A stretch of DNA of 64,000 nucleotides from Octopus sinensis (Eukaryota): NCBI RefSeq assembly GCF_006345805.1, contig NC_043025.1:620001-684000 (forward strand), written 5' to 3'. The position numbers and the translations under genes were made by a program. The notes beneath the pieces are model-generated. The model was not told where the DNA came from. It saw nothing but the letters and a program-made list of their open reading frames with translations, and ran no database searches. Of the stretch, positions 1-15,096 are shown piece by piece. Positions within the stretch are counted from its first letter, which is position 1. Every line of letters starts with the position of its first letter.

Positions 1-262
1 TTCTCATCAAACCCGACTTTGAGGGATTTGAAAACGAACTCACTTAATCTCTCACATTTTGGCTAAAAAACAAATATACAGGATAGTTTTGAAGTGGAAA
101 TGATTGAATTAACCACTTCAGAATTATGGGGAAAAAATTTATGGAATTACTAAAATCTCTTGAAAGAAGCAGCTTAGAGAAGTCAGTTGCCATCTTCAAT
201 TGCTGGGAGACGTTGCCTGAAAGATTCAATTCTTTGAAGAAAATCGCCTCAGCTCTGCTTTC
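1..262 (+). mobile_element. hAT transposase C-terminal fragment (SPIN/GTF2IRD2-like), decayed
   Basis: ORF 126..365 contains IFNCWETLPERFNSLKKIASALLS, resembling the start of the hAT dimerisation domain; truncated next to a SINE fragment. Confidence 0.55.
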
Positions 263-1059
263 AGTCCAACATATACAGGATTACCCAAAAACAACAGAAC
301 CCATAAAATTTCGGTTTCCGTCTACCAAATCCACTCAAAAAGATTTGGTCATTCCGAGACTATAGTAGAAAACAATTTCCCAAAATGCCATGCAGTGGAA
401 ACTGAAAAAGGATCTACGTGCTTGCGAAGTAAGTTTCTTACCACACAGCCACGCCTATGCATGTGTGTTTATGTATAAGTCTATATATAGGATGAAAAGG
501 ACAAACAAATATTTAAATAATAGTTCTGACGTGCGTGTAACAACGTTATGGTTGCTTGGAACCAAATGCTCACCGACAAATGACCGTCAGGAACAAAGTT
601 ATTCTTTTACGTTGCATAGTTATAGAAAGATAGAGAGAGAGGGAAAAATAAATCATATATACATGTGTGTGTGTAGATACAAATGTTAAATCTTAAAAGA
701 AAAGTAACAAAAATTTAAAGTCATTTGAGTGCGACGTTGCTGGAGTGCCACCTCAAAAGACTTAAAGCCGAAGAGCCGAAGAAATTTACCTCTGGGCTTA
801 TTTTTTGTAAGCCTGGTACATATTTTATTGATCGCTTTTGCCGAACAGCTATGTTACGGCGGGCGTAAAAGATCTGATGTCAAACTATGAACGGGTAACA
901 AACAGAGTCACACAGACACACACACACAGGCAAACACACACACACACAACACTCACACATACACACACACAAACACACTCACACACACACACACACACAC
1001 ACAAATACGACACACACACTCACACAAACATATGTATATATTTATAAAACGGACTTCCT

Positions 1060-1733
1060 TTGTGTCCGTCTACAATACCCAGTCGCAAGTCTTTGCTCAG
1101 CCCGTGGCTATAGTAGAAGACACTTTCCCAGGTTCCCATGCAGCGAAATTAAACCTGGATCTATGTGCTTGCGGAGCAAGTTTCTTACCACACAGCCACC
1201 CCTATGCATGTGTGTTTATGTATAAGTCTATATATAGTGAGAAAAGGACAAACAAATGTTTAAATAATAGTTCTTACGTGCGTGTAACAACGTTATGGTT
1301 GCTTGGAACCAAATGCTCACCGACAAACGACCGCCAGGAACAACGTTATTCTATTACGTTGCATAGTTATAGAAAGATAGAGAGAGAGGGAAAAATAAAT
1401 CATATATACATGTGTGTGTGTAGATACAAATGTTAAATCTTAAAAGAAAAGTAACAAACATTGTTTGTCTCTTTGCGTTCTGAGTTCTGAATCCAATTAG
1501 TCGACTGTCCACCTCCCCCACAAAACACAACCACTGGCATTCTACCTAAGCCAGAAACCACTTTATAGGAGGCAATCTAGGATTTCAGGACAAAGAATTG
1601 CTACGCGCGGGGTCATATGTAATCATGTATGGTTATAAAGATGCATGAGGATATATATACATAAACAAACACGCACAACTATATGTGTGTGTATGAGTGT
1701 GTGTGCATGTGAGTGTGTGTATGTACGTACGTT

Positions 1734-1785
<52 letters not shown>

Positions 1786-2221
1786 ATGAATGTATATGTG
1801 AGCGTGTATCTACATGTATGTGAATACATGCACAAGGGTACGAGGCGAAACATTCAAACACACACATATATATATAAATATATATAGGTATATAAATACA
1901 TATATATATATTCATACGCGTTTAGATATATACACACGCATATATAAATGTGTATTCTTTTTCTTTAATTCTGTTACTTGTTGAAGTCATTTGCTACGCC
2001 CATGATGGAGCACCATATCAAAAGCCTTTAAGCCTAATAAATTGACATCAGGGCTTATTCTTTGTAAGCCAAGTACTTATTTTATTGGCCTCTTTTGCCG
2101 AACCGCAATGTTAAGGAGGGGGCGTGAAAACCTGCTGTCAAGATATGAAAGGGTAACAAACATAGTCGCGAAGACAGACACACACATACACAAACAAACA
2201 AACTCACACACACTTATGCAT

Positions 2222-2298
<77 letters not shown>

Positions 2299-2305
2299 AT
2301 AATAT

Positions 2306-2374
<69 letters not shown>

Positions 2375-3810
2375 CGAACTTCTTTCGGTTTTTTCGTGTA
2401 CCAAATCCACTCGTACGGTTTTGGTCAGCCCGAAGCTATAATAGAAGACACTTTCCCAAATTGCCATGCAGTGAAACTGAACCTGAAACTATCTGCTTGT
2501 GAAGCATCTATCTTACCACATAGCCACGCCTATGCATGTGTGTTTATATATAAGTCTTTATACAGGATGAACAAGACGAACAAATGTTTAAATAATAATT
2601 CTGACGTGCATGTAACAATGTTATGGTTGCTTGGAACCAAATGCTCACCGACAAATGATTGTCAGGAACAACATTATTCTATTAAGTTGAATAGTTATAG
2701 AATGATAGAGAGAGAGGGAAAAATAAATCATATATACATGTGTGTGTAGATACAAATGCTAAATCTTAAAAGAAAAGTAACAAAAATTTATTTACCTTTA
2801 TAAAGCCGACTCCAAATATTACTTCAGTTTCAAATTTTTTTACAGAAATTAAAAGTCTTATCCACTTATCTGAATATTCTATTGCCTCATATAAATTTTT
2901 TGTCTCACCTTCCAGCTTCTATCCGAAATGCATACTGAATGAAATATCCTGTTGTAATAATTCTCTATATTTTTTAAACGAGAGTGGCAGTATTTTCCCT
3001 TGATGTATGTGATTGGCTGAAATACTTTAATATCCGGAAAATAAATCCATATTCCAGCTAGTCACCATTCCTACACGTCAAGTGTTGAAATGGTCGCTGT
3101 GTAACATAAGATGAAGTGTTCTGCGCACAATACACCACTCGTCCCAGGATCTGAAATCATGACCTTAATCACGATTTCATGTGTCCTCGACTTCAATTAT
3201 ATTACCAAAATGGTATTTTTCATATGTCCTGGCAACACCCAGAGAATATTCTTATCTACTTGACGCTTTTCTAAAACAAACGCCATTGTTTTTATCGATT
3301 ATTGGGATTGCGATATCTGCTCAAAGACACGACCTCATCTCTCTAGTTACTAAAATGCAAACCCAACCAATTTTCCTCGTTTCCCAGAATATATTTCAGT
3401 TGGTTGTAAAGTATTCTAGTTGTTCACTGGCGGAAAGACTATGACCGCAGGCGTTTCGGTCATGATCATCCCGTTGATTTATTTACATCGTAATGTGTGT
3501 TCTATTCTTTCCGTGGTTAAGACGGTAGGGTGGTAGACAATGGAATATCATTGTCTCAAATGCTTACGATAGGGCTGATAGCGCAAATGTTCAAGTAATG
3601 GACATTCATTAGTCCTGAAACCTATATTTGCAATAATTATTGTAATGCATCACATGATGTGGATTTTAATTTCCATAGATCTCTCCGAAATATTAGTCCG
3701 ACCTTACTATCAAGATGACGCATCAATTTATTAAATGACATCTAGGCCTGAATTATTCTGCTACTAGCAGAAGAATGAAAGCGATATATTCTACGTGGTT
3801 TACTCTCCAT
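1060..3810. repeat. Local duplication block, paralogous to 14320..16960; contains an internal ~400-bp unit (also at 310..720, 2385..2790, 15530..15930)
   Basis: Colinear near-identical text, e.g. GTTATGGTTGCTTGGAACCAAATGCTCACCGACAAA recurs; partial third copy at 13415..14310. Confidence 0.9.
1960..2535 (-). mobile_element. tRNA-type SINE family A, decayed (further minus-strand copies at 720..1210 and 15180..15675; fragments at 310..460 and 14320..14465)
   Basis: Reverse complement matches the family A copy at 33673..34090 (head, TCTTCTACTATAGCC, GAGTGGATTTGGTAGACGG, internal CA/TA tract). Confidence 0.75.
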
Positions 3811-4059
3811 GTGTGTAACTTTCATGTTCATGGGTTATCTCAAGTGCAGCATTCTCTGTATGGTTTAGGGGCGTCCAGTTCACCCTGTGTAACTTGCCGG
3901 AGGTCTCACACAGCAGATGCAGGTATTAGAGGGTAAAGACGGTACTGAATCCCTAAGCTGTTCACGTGTGAATCCGCATATCAATTTATTATTATTCCAT
4001 ATACAAACAACAGTTTATATTGTGTGAGTACGTTTGTGTATATATATATATATATATAT

Positions 4060-4690
4060 ACACAATTAAGATTTTGCTTACAAACTTTGTCTCCCCTTTC
4101 AGCTTCCTTTCAGCAACCATAACCATGTCTCAATATTACTATTTCCTGCAACTATCTTTGCCAATCTACCAGGGAAAAACATTCTCTTGTCAATTAGATA
4201 ATCTCTCTTCTTTTTTCTGGTTTTAATTTCATTTGGCTTTTTCCTTTCCTGTCTCCTACTGTAACTCTTGCAACTCATAAATTATATTCACTATTATATA
4301 CATCAACTCTAGCTAACTCTATGGTACCTTCTGCTGATATTAAACCTCACCCACCTTCGTTATTCTAAGTAAATCTTGCTCTTCGTAATCGAGGCTGAAG
4401 TCCTCCATTCATATCGAATTCCTTCCTAGTTATTTTGTCAAGATTTGCAAATTGAGATCTTTTCCAATCAACAAAAACTGCTGAATACCGAAGTAACCAT
4501 ACTTCCCAAAGTTTTTACAACCTTTACTAGATTTAGAACACTAAGCTTTCCCTTTATTAGCTTCTTTTCCCTTCCGATGTACTCCTTATCTATTTCCATT
4601 GTTAGTACACTCTCAGATTCTAATACTCAGAAGCACTTATGTTTCTCTGCCTTCAGTGATTTTACTCTCTTGCTATCTGACATTCACTGC
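4060..4690 (-). mobile_element. Old, degenerate R4/Dong-clade LINE fragment (RT thumb region)
   Basis: Manual minus-strand translation gives KEYIGREKKLIKGKL..NLVK..LLRYSAVFVDW..LDKITRK..MNGGLQP..EGG*GLISAE, colinear with the RT C-terminal part of ORF 8813..10906; contains stops. Confidence 0.65.
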
Positions 4691-5327
4691 TGACTATCTG
4701 TCCCCTTTTTATGACTTATGTGGCGCACATATCTATGCCAAATTCCTATATGTTTGCTGAAGAATCTTACAATTCTTGTTCCTATAGATATACACACTTA
4801 TGTGTGAATATATATAGGAATATGCCACTGCATATATGTGTGCATATGTTAGTGCGTGTATGTATATGTAGGTCTCTCTCTCTATGCATGTCTGTGTATA
4901 CATTCGTCCCCTTAACCCCTAAGTCAAACACATCCTCACTATAAAAACTAATCTCTATATACTCTCATATGTTTCTCATTCGCCAAATAATAGACTCTTC
5001 CAAGGCCTTCCAAATCTGATTCACTTTCTATTCAAAGATGCAACTGTTAACTTCCATTATCCTTTGCCAGGGACTTTCCTGGAAACTTTACTAACTCTTC
5101 GATCACGAAAATACCCAACACATTTATCTGAGAATTCCATGGTTTCCCAAAAGACTGGTAACGAATAATATCCTCGATAAAGGATATTATGCATTTCTGC
5201 ATTTTCTTCTTCTTTCTCCAATAACGGAATGATTTGCTCAGATGGAATTCTTTACTCAATAACATGCTTAGCTATTCTAGAAACAGCTATAAAAGACTTT
5301 GCCAATTTCTATAACCACTCTGCACAG

Positions 5328-5709
5328 TTCTTTTATTTGTTTCAGCCATTTCACTGCGGCCATGCTGGAGCCCTGCCTTTTTAATCGAACTTATTATTTG
5401 TAAGACTTGTACTTATTCTATGCGTCTCCTTTACTGAACCACTAAATTACGGGGACGTAAATTCACCAACATCGGTTGTCAAGCGATGTTGGTGGACAAA
5501 CACAGACACACAAACTCACACACACACACACACACCCACGCACATGATGGTCTTCTTTCAGTTTCAGTCTTCCAGATCCACTAACAAGGCTTAGGTCGGC
5601 CCGAGGCTATAGTAGAACGCATTTTCCCAGTGTGCCACGCAGTGGGACTGAACCCCGAACCATGTGATTGGTAAGCACGCTACTTACTAAACAGCCACTC
5701 CTGCACCTA
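5328..5709 (-). mobile_element. tRNA-type SINE family A, near full length
   Basis: Minus strand begins GGTGCAGGAGTGGCTG..GGTTCGGGGTTCAGTCCCACTGCGTGGCAC, has an internal (TG)n, and ends near GCTCCAGCATGGCCGCAG. Confidence 0.85.
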
Positions 5710-6280
5710 TACTTATATTATAAATTATAAAATGAATGTTCTTGATTAACGCTAAATATTTTTCTTGATCATTATCTGTTATAATTTATGTCCCTCCGCT
5801 CAATGATCAACCACTTCATATCACCTTTGATACACAATTTCTGCACCACATTTTTCTGTTCAAGCCGGTGTTTTAGTGGTAAACCAAACTGAGCAGTCAC
5901 ACTACATACGACCTTTTACATGATTTTCTTTTGTATGAACGCTAAGGTATAATATATACTTTTATGTGGCTTTGGGGAGTGGCATGAAACGGATTTCTTC
6001 TATTTGTATGTGCTTCAATTACTTGTGTAACGAACAATTGCTTCAACGAACATGGCTCGGAAAGGATTATGTGTATATATAAAGATGCCACTGGTTTGAG
6101 AAGTTTTGAGTCGAATTAATTCTGTACTTAATTTTTTAAGCCTGGTACTTATGTTATTGGCGTATTTTGGTGAACCGCTAAGTTACCAGAACGTAAATAC
6201 ACCAACACAGGTCGTCAAGCGGTGGGACAAACACGGACACAAGGACACATACAGACTGATACATACAGATAGACATATAT

Positions 6281-6637
6281 TGGCATAGGAGTGGCCGTAG
6301 AGTAAGAAGCACATGGTTCCGGGTTCAGTCCCACTGCGTGACACCTTGCATGAGTGTCTTCTACTATAGCCTAGGGCCGACCAAAACCATGTGAGTGGAT
6401 TTCATAGATGGAAACTCAAATAGGCCCGTCATATGTATGTGTCTATATTTGTCCCTACACCATCCCCTGACAACCGATGTTGGTGTGCTTACGTCCCTTT
6501 AACCTAGCGGTTCTGGAAAAGAGACCGATAGAATAAGTACAAAGCTTTAAATGATTAAGTCCTAGGGTCGATTTGTTCGACTAAAGGCGGAGCTCCAACA
6601 TGGCCGCAGTCAAATGACTGAAAGAAGTAAAAGAATA
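6281..6637 (+). mobile_element. SINE family A nested in an opposite-strand family A copy (about 6090..6790)
   Basis: Head GGCATAGGAGTGGCC..GGTTCAGTCCCACTGCG and tail AAATGACTGAAAGAAGTAAAAGA; the flanks are the two halves of a minus-strand copy. Confidence 0.8.
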
Positions 6638-7273
6638 GTCACGATGGGCTTCTTTCAGTTTCCATCTACAAAGTCCACTTATGAAGAGTCCAATGGCCAC
6701 AGGAGAAGACATGTGCTTAGTGTGCCACGCAGTGGAACTGAACCCGAAACCAGATTTGGAAGCAAGCGTCTTACCAGACAGCCGCGCCTAAACATGCCCC
6801 CCTACACAGATTGAATCCAAGGAAACACGCAAAAAGATGAGACACTCTCCAAGCCGTTCACTTTATAATTTGCTAAAACTATTTACATGGTGTCCGTTAG
6901 TGAGTAATGCTGTGTTTTGTTTTATTTCTCCTACACATTGATTTCAAATTTTGGCACAACACCAGCAATTTCGGGAGAGGGAGTAAGTTGATTACATCGA
7001 CCCCAGTACTTAACTGATATTGATTTCATCGACCCCGAAAGGATAAAAGGCAAAGACAACCTCGGCGGAATATTTCTACTTAATATTTAATATCATTACG
7101 TTCATGCATTTTTGAAATTGGGTGTTAAAACAGAAATTCTTCTATTTGGAGATGGTCGTATGTTGCCAATGAAACACGCGCAATATATATTTGATCTTCA
7201 CTTCATTATTATTATTGTTGTTGTTGTTATTGGTACGCCGGGCTAAACGCTTAGAAGTATTTCGTTTCCCCGA

Positions 7274-7505
7274 AGGCGGCGAGCTGGCAGAAATGTTAGC
7301 ACGTCGGGCGAAATGCTTTGCAGTATTTCGTCTGAGGTTACGTTCTGAGTTCAAATTCCGCCGAGGTCGACATTGCCTTTCATCCTTTCGGGGACGATTA
7401 AATAAGTACCAGTTACGCACTGGTGTCGATATAATCGACTTATTCCGTTTGTCTGTCCATGTTTGTCCTCTCTGTGTTTAGCCCTTTGTGGGCAGTAAAG
7501 AAATA
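7274..7505 (+). mobile_element. SINE family B variant with Tx1-like 3' tail, inserted in another family B SINE (about 7234..7650)
   Basis: Head GGCGGCGAGCTGGCAGAA, B-box-like GAGTTCAAATTCC, tail TGTGTTTAGCCCTTTGTGGGCAGTAAAGAAATA; imperfect TSD 7256..7270 / 7506..7520. Confidence 0.8.
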
Positions 7506-7649
7506 GGTATTTCGTCTCTCACTACGTTCTGAGTTCAAATTCCGTCGAGGTCGACTTCGCCTTTATTCTTTTCGGGGACGATAAATTAAGTACCAGTTAC
7601 ACACTGGGACCGATGTAATGGACTTGTCCTTAGGCTTCCAGTAGAAAGG

Positions 7650-8394
<745 letters not shown>

Positions 8395-8395
<1 letters not shown>

Positions 8396-10834
8396 TATGT
8401 TTGACTTTTGCTTTATATTTGTACAAGTTGGCTCCAAGTATCACCCAGAGACCTCAAGAGACAACAGGGTTGGAAGTTCATGTTGTTGTTATGCCTAGTG
8501 TGCCATATATTTGGGGGGTGGGGATGTACTAATGAATGTCTAAAAAAAAAGTTTTTTTTTTTTTTTTTTAAACCGAAAATTATGTTTGTTTTAAACCTTG
8601 AGATTACATAGAGAGTATTTTGCGTAGGATATGAGCAGTTCCCATGAGCACTATCTTTTGAACTTCTGCCATTTTTGGGTTTCCTGGTATCTGAGTTAGG
8701 TAGCTATCAGCCCCTTTTGCTATCATTCCCAGGGCACCTATGACAACAGGTATTGTTTTAGTCTTCAGCTTCCACATTTTGCTGATTTCTATTTCAAGAT
8801 CTTTATATTTGCTCAGTTTTGGTAGGTCTTGACAGATACGTTTATATCGATTGGGACAGTCATATCAATGAGGAGGCATGTTCTTTGTTTGAAGTTTTTC
8901 AATATGATGTCTGGCCTATTTGCATCTATCTTCCTGTCAGTTTGAATGGTGAAGTTCCAGAAGAGTGAGATGTGGTCATTTTCAAGCACTGGGGGTGGTT
9001 TGTGTTCCCACCAGTTTTTTTCATGGGGCAAATCCAGGTTTTTACAGATTACCCAGTGAATATATTGTGCAGCTCTATCGTGCCTGTTGAGATACTCTGT
9101 AGGCGCTAGAAGACTGCACTTGGAGACCACATGGTCAATGGTTTCATTTTGTTGCTTGCATACACGACACGTTGGACTGCTTCTGATCTTTAATATGTTG
9201 GCCTGGTAGTTTCTTGTTGGTAGGCATTGATCTTGAGCTGCTATGATAAACCCCTCTGTTTCAGATTTTAAGCCAGAGGCCATTAGCCATTGATGGGTCA
9301 GGGCTTTGTCGATATCTGCATTATTCGCTCTCTTTGGGTATTTGCCATAGAGAGGTTTTTCTTGCCATTTATTATTCAGAATATCTAAGGCCGCAGTTTT
9401 GGCACGGGTTTTCATGCGCCTAGCTTTTTCTGTGCTTGTTTCTTGTATATCTATCTCTAATTCCGAAATTGGTTGTATTCGGAATTCACTTAGATATTCC
9501 TTTGTCTGTTTTGTGACTGAGTATGATGCTTTCTTGTTTTCATGTTTTGAGACAAGTTTTAGCATCCAGTCCTCAGAGTTTTTCAGGTAGGTGTCTAGGC
9601 CAATTGTAGCAATCTTCATTGTTATTGCCAGTTGCAAAAGACCACGGCCTCCCTCTTTTCTTGGCAGATAGAGTCGTTCTGTAGCTGCCTTAGGGTGGTG
9701 CATTCTATGCATTGTCAACAGTTTCCTTATTTTTCTGTCGAGCTGACATATTTCAGTAATTGACCAGTTAACAATATTGAAACTGTAAGTCACGACTGGT
9801 ATAGCTAATGCATTGATTGCTTCGATCCTGTTTCTTGCATTCAGCTCTGTCTTGAGTATTGCTCTCACTCTTCGATAGCATTCTCTCCTGATCCTTTCCT
9901 TCATCTCTGAATGCCTTATTCCGTTCCCTTCAATTATCCCTAGGTACTTGTAGCTCTCCGCTGGGTCTAGTTCTTTTATGACATTCTGTTGGTCAAGGTT
10001 AACGTTAGATGTTTCTGTCATTTTTCCTTTGATAAAGGTAGCCTTTGCACATTTATCGAGGCCGAATTGCATTCTGATGTCGTCACTGAATTGTTTGACT
10101 ATCGCTAGTAAGCCCTTGAGTTGTTGATCATTTTTTGCAAAAAGCTTTAAATCATCCATGTAAACGAGATGATTTATATTTTTATCAAACATTTTATACC
10201 CGTACTGCGCATCATTGAGCAGCTTTGAGAGAGGTATTAAGGATAAACAAAAGAGGAGTGGTGACAGTGAGTCACCCTGGAAAATGCCACACGAAATTTT
10301 TACATCACCAGCATTTAGGGATTCACTGTCACTGTTCAGAGTTAGTGTGGTTCCCCATGATCTCATACTTACAGTCAAGAAGTTTCGCAGAGTTGGTGCT
10401 ATCTTATACATTTCAAGGCATTTCCTAATCCAGCTATGTGGTAGGCTATCAAAAGCCTTTTTATAGTCTATCCAGGCTATTGATAAGTTTTTGTGTCGTT
10501 TGTGACAATCTTCTAAGATCATCTTATTGATGAGTAGTTGGTCTTTACAGCCGTAGGATCCACGTTTACATCCTTTCTGTTCATTAGGGAATATGCTGCT
10601 GTCTGTTAAAAAACTATAGGTATATTCCGTCAGGACAGATGTTAGTGTTTTGTACATAGTTGTTAAGCAGGTTATGGGTCTATAGTTTTTTGGTTCATTT
10701 GTTTCTGCACTTTTTGGAAGCAGGAATGTTAACCCATTAACTAGCCAAGGAGGCATCCTACTAGGGTGTTGCAAAACATCATTGTACAGTTCTGTTAGCA
10801 GTTCATGGCTCTCTGGGAAGGCATTCAGCCAGAA

Positions 10835-10835
<1 letters not shown>
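8395..10835 (-). mobile_element. R4/Dong-clade LINE lineage B, 5'-truncated, 2.4 kb
   Basis: RT plus RLE coding region with a 3' UTR ending AAGCAAAAGTCAAACATAG(AAT)n; (TAA)n on both sides. Confidence 0.95.
8604..10835 (-). pseudogene. Non-LTR reverse transcriptase / CCHC / restriction-like endonuclease ORF with one frameshift at about 8817
   Basis: WIDYKKAFDS, GIFQGDSLSPLLF, YMDDLKLF, YKYLG, CRVC..HVVSKC, RHD, RPDIIL..LID; a T4 run versus T5 in the 11203 copy shifts the frame, and the C-terminus continues to the stop at 8604..8606. The poly-N start of the listed ORF is microsatellite. Confidence 0.93.
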
Positions 10836-10900
<65 letters not shown>

Positions 10901-10910
10901 TATCATTATT

Positions 10911-11127
10911 AAGGCGGAGAGCTGGCAGAATCGTTAGCACGCCGGGAAAAATGCTTGGTGGTATTTCATCCATCATTAGTTTCTGAGTTCAAATACCCCT
11001 GAGGTCAACTTAGAATTTCATCACTTAAAGGTCTATAAATTAAATACCAGTTCTGTACTAGGGGTATGTAACCGACTAACTCACCCCCCAAAATATTTCA
11101 GGCCTTGTGCCTATAGTAGGAACGACT
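10911..11127 (+). mobile_element. SINE family B, ordinary form ending in an (ATT)n tail
   Basis: Head GGCGGAGAGCTGGCAGAATCGTTAGCACGCCGGG, GAGTTCAAAT, end GGCCTTGTGCCTATAGTAG; related fragments at 6935..7070 (-) and 19085..19300 (+). Confidence 0.8.
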
Positions 11128-11160
11128 GTTATTATTGTTATTATTATTATTGTGATTGTG

Positions 11161-11202
<42 letters not shown>

Positions 11203-11203
<1 letters not shown>

Positions 11204-11664
11204 TATGTTTGACTTTTGCTTTATGTCTGTACAAGTTGGCTCCAAGTCTCACCCAGAGACCTCAAGAGACAACAGGTTGGAAGTTCTGAGCCATATATTT
11301 GTTTTTTTTTTGTTTTTTTGATGTTGTACTAGTGAATGTCTAATACATAAAAAAATAATAATAAATAAATAAAAAAAAGTTTGATTTAAACCTTGGGATT
11401 ACATAGAGTGTATTTTGCGTAGGATATGAGCAGTTCCCATGAGCACTATCTTTTGAATTTCTGCCATTTTGGGGTTTCCTGGTATCTGAGTTAGGTAGCA
11501 GTCAGCCCCTTTCGCTATCATTCCCAGGGCACCTATGACAACAGGTATTGTTTTAGTCTTCAGCTTCCACATTTTGCTGATTTCTATTTCAAGATCTTTA
11601 TATTTGCTCAGTTTTTGGTAGGTCTTGACAGATACGTTTATATCGATTGGGACAGTCATATCAA

Positions 11665-11665
<1 letters not shown>
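11203..11665 (-). mobile_element. R4/Dong lineage B, short 5'-truncated copy
   Basis: ORF 11399..11659 matches the C-terminus of the 8395 copy; same 3' UTR; (TAA)n on both sides. Confidence 0.92.
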
Positions 11666-11730
<65 letters not shown>

Positions 11731-12223
11731 CATTAGTTTATTTAAATTCTTTCGTCTCACATAATATGATCTCCTGGGCGTCTCTCTGCTCCACCTGTTT
11801 CTTCTTATTCCGCTTATTCTCGATTAAAAATTATTAAATGTCTACTTATCTACTGTTTGTCAAGTGGATTGTTTATCAAATAATTTATACTCGGAACAAT
11901 TGTACATATTTCCCTGGTTAAAACGGAATTTCCCACTTGGTGCAGCTACGTAATTTAGTAAGTGTTTGCAAGTGCTATGAAACTTGGGAAGCGGATTTTG
12001 AACGACGCAAATGTCTCGTATTGACAAATGCAAGTTGATTGTTGCATTCAGAATTCGGACAAGGAGTAGACGGAATGGGTAGCGAAGGTCGGTGGAGGGT
12101 GTTGAAACCCTTTTGGTGAGAGGAGGAATACAGACGAATGAATACACGCAGATACACAACACACACACACACACACTCACACACTCACTCACACACACAT
12201 TCACACACACACACAGACACACT

Positions 12224-12283
<60 letters not shown>

Positions 12284-12725
12284 CTTGGAGAGAGAGAGAC
12301 TTTTAGGGGAGCCAACCAGATCGACCCATCTCAAGTGTAACTGCCCGAGATGGTCGTGACTTCTGGGACTTGACTGAGGAAAGAAAGCCACGAATGAGCC
12401 GTCTTTTTTTGCCTGTCCTTCTAATCGTTGTTTCTCCTGCCCGCCTTTCTATCGTCTATCAGTCCGAATCTTTTATTGTCTTCTATTGCGTTTTTTTACC
12501 ATTTATATATGTATGTGTGTGTGTATGAGTGTGTGTGTGAGTGTGTGTGTGTGTGTGTGTATGTGTCTATCTATCAATCTATTTATAGAAGTTTCTATTT
12601 GTTTATCTGTCTAATTATTATTCGATTTATCTCTCTCTTTCTCTATTTCTTTCATTTTCTTTCCCTCTCTCTCTGTTCCACACATTCTTTTTCTCTCTCT
12701 TTTTCTCTCCTCCTGTCTTTCTCTC

Positions 12726-12762
<37 letters not shown>

Positions 12763-12908
12763 GCTGCTATTTTTAGTGTGCTGTTGCTGCTTGTAGGACC
12801 TTTAATTATTAATTAATGAGGCTTTACCTTATGGGATTGTTTTTACGCATGCTTGCCACCTGATATTATTGGAAGCAATAATATCCTTATATATATATAT
12901 ACATATAT

Positions 12909-12968
<60 letters not shown>

Positions 12969-14899
12969 GCATATAAATACATACACACACACACACACAT
13001 ATATATATTATATATATATATTCACTAATACACAGGTGTGTATAGAAGAATATATTATTAAACATGGTACATGGCATATGTAGGTGTGACAGCAACCCAG
13101 GAATCACTCTTATCTACTAGGCGTTTTACTGAAGCAACACCCACTGAATTCTCATGGATCCCCAAAACGATCTGAGCGTTACTCCTAAGAGATGCCTCTC
13201 GTCAGCTAACAATATGGCGTTGTATCATGTACTGATAGAAAGACTGACGCAGAAAATTGCGGAGTTTGGTGTGGTGATACAAAGTCTGAGAACGAAGCCA
13301 ACCTTAAGTACATATGTTTGTTTGATTTTTTGTGTTTTATTTAGGGTGTTGTGGTCGACGTTGTTGTTTGCCCTGATCGTAGTTTTGCACAAAGTCATTC
13401 CAACTCTAGCCATCTAATTCTATTGAATCATATAAGATTTTTGTCTCACGTTTCAGCTGCTATCCGAAAAGCATAACCAATGAAATACCCGTTTGAAATA
13501 ATTCTCTATTTTTTTTAAAAACGAGAGTGGCAGTAATTTTCCTTGATGTTTGTGATTGGCTGCAATTCTTTAACATCTGGAAAATAAATCTATTTTCCAG
13601 CTATTCACCATTCCTACACGACAAGTGCTGAAATGGTGTCTGTGCAACATGAGATGAAGTGTTTGCGCGCAATACACCTCCCGTTGCAGGATTTGAAATC
13701 GCAACCTTGTTATCGAGAGCAGCACCTTTAACCACGATGTTATGTATTCTCGACTTCTATTATATTACCAAAATGGTATTCTTCATATGTCCTGGAACAC
13801 CCAGAGAATATTCTTATCTACTTGACACATTTCTAAAACAAACGCCATTGTTTTTATCGATTATTGGGATGGCGATATCTGCTCAAAGACACGACCTCAT
13901 CTCTCGAGTTACTAAAATGCAAACCCGACGAATTTCCCTCGTTTCCCAGAATATATTTCAGTTGGTTGTAAAGGATGCTTGTTGTTCACTGACGAGAAGA
14001 CTATGATCAGAGGCGTTTCCGTCGTGATCATCCCGTCGATTTACATATATTGCAATTGGTGTTGTGTTCTTTCCGTTGTTAAGACGGTAGGGCGTGAGAC
14101 AATGGAATATCATTTTCCCAAATGCTTACGATAGGGATGATAGCGCAAATATACAAGTAATGGACATTCATTAGTCCTGAAACCTACATCTAACAATCAT
14201 TATTGTAATACATCACATGATGTGGATGTTAATTTTCATAGATCTTTCCGATGTATAAGTTCGACCTTACTATCAAGATGAACCATCAATTTATTAATTG
14301 ACATCTAGGGCTTCCTTAGGGTCCGTCTACAATACCCACTCACAAGTCTTTGCTCGGACCGAGGCTATAGTAGAAGAAACTTTCCCAGGTTGCCATGCAG
14401 CGAAGCTAAACTTGGATCTAAGTGCTTACGGAGCAAGTTTCTTACCACATAGCCACGCCTATGCATGTGTGTTTATGTATAAGTCTATATATAGGATGAA
14501 CAGGACAAACAAATGTTTAACTAATAGTTTTTACATGCGTGTAACAACGTTATGGTTGCTTGGAAAAGAAAAGTAACAAAAATTGATTTATCTATTCGCG
14601 TTCTGAGTTCTATCCTGTCGAACTCCCATTTGCCTTTCATTTCTCAGAGGTACTGAAGTCCAATTAGTCGACAGTCCACCTTCCCCACAAAACACAACTA
14701 CTGGCATTCTACCTAAACCCGAAACCACTTTATAGGTGGCAATCTAGGATTTTAGGCCGAAGAATTGGTACGCGGTGTCATATGTAATCATGTATATAAA
14801 GATGCATGAGGATATATATACATACACAAACACGCACAAATATGTGTGCGTGTACGAGTGTGTGTGCATATGAGTGTGTGTATGTATGTACGTTTGTAT

Positions 14900-14958
<59 letters not shown>

Positions 14959-15037
14959 TGTATATGTGAGCGTGTGTCTACATGTATGTGAATACATGCA
15001 CAAGTGTACGAGGCGAAACATCCAAACACACACACAA

Positions 15038-15096
<59 letters not shown>

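Noticed and set aside
11740-12430. Single-copy, moderately GC-rich stretch that could be a host exon or promoter
   Set aside because: No recognisable ORF, splice pattern or motif; needs RNA-seq
13110-13210. Hammerhead-like motif on the minus strand (CTGACGA..AAAACGCCTAGTA)
   Set aside because: The GAAA core and helix I are broken; too weak to call without a consensus
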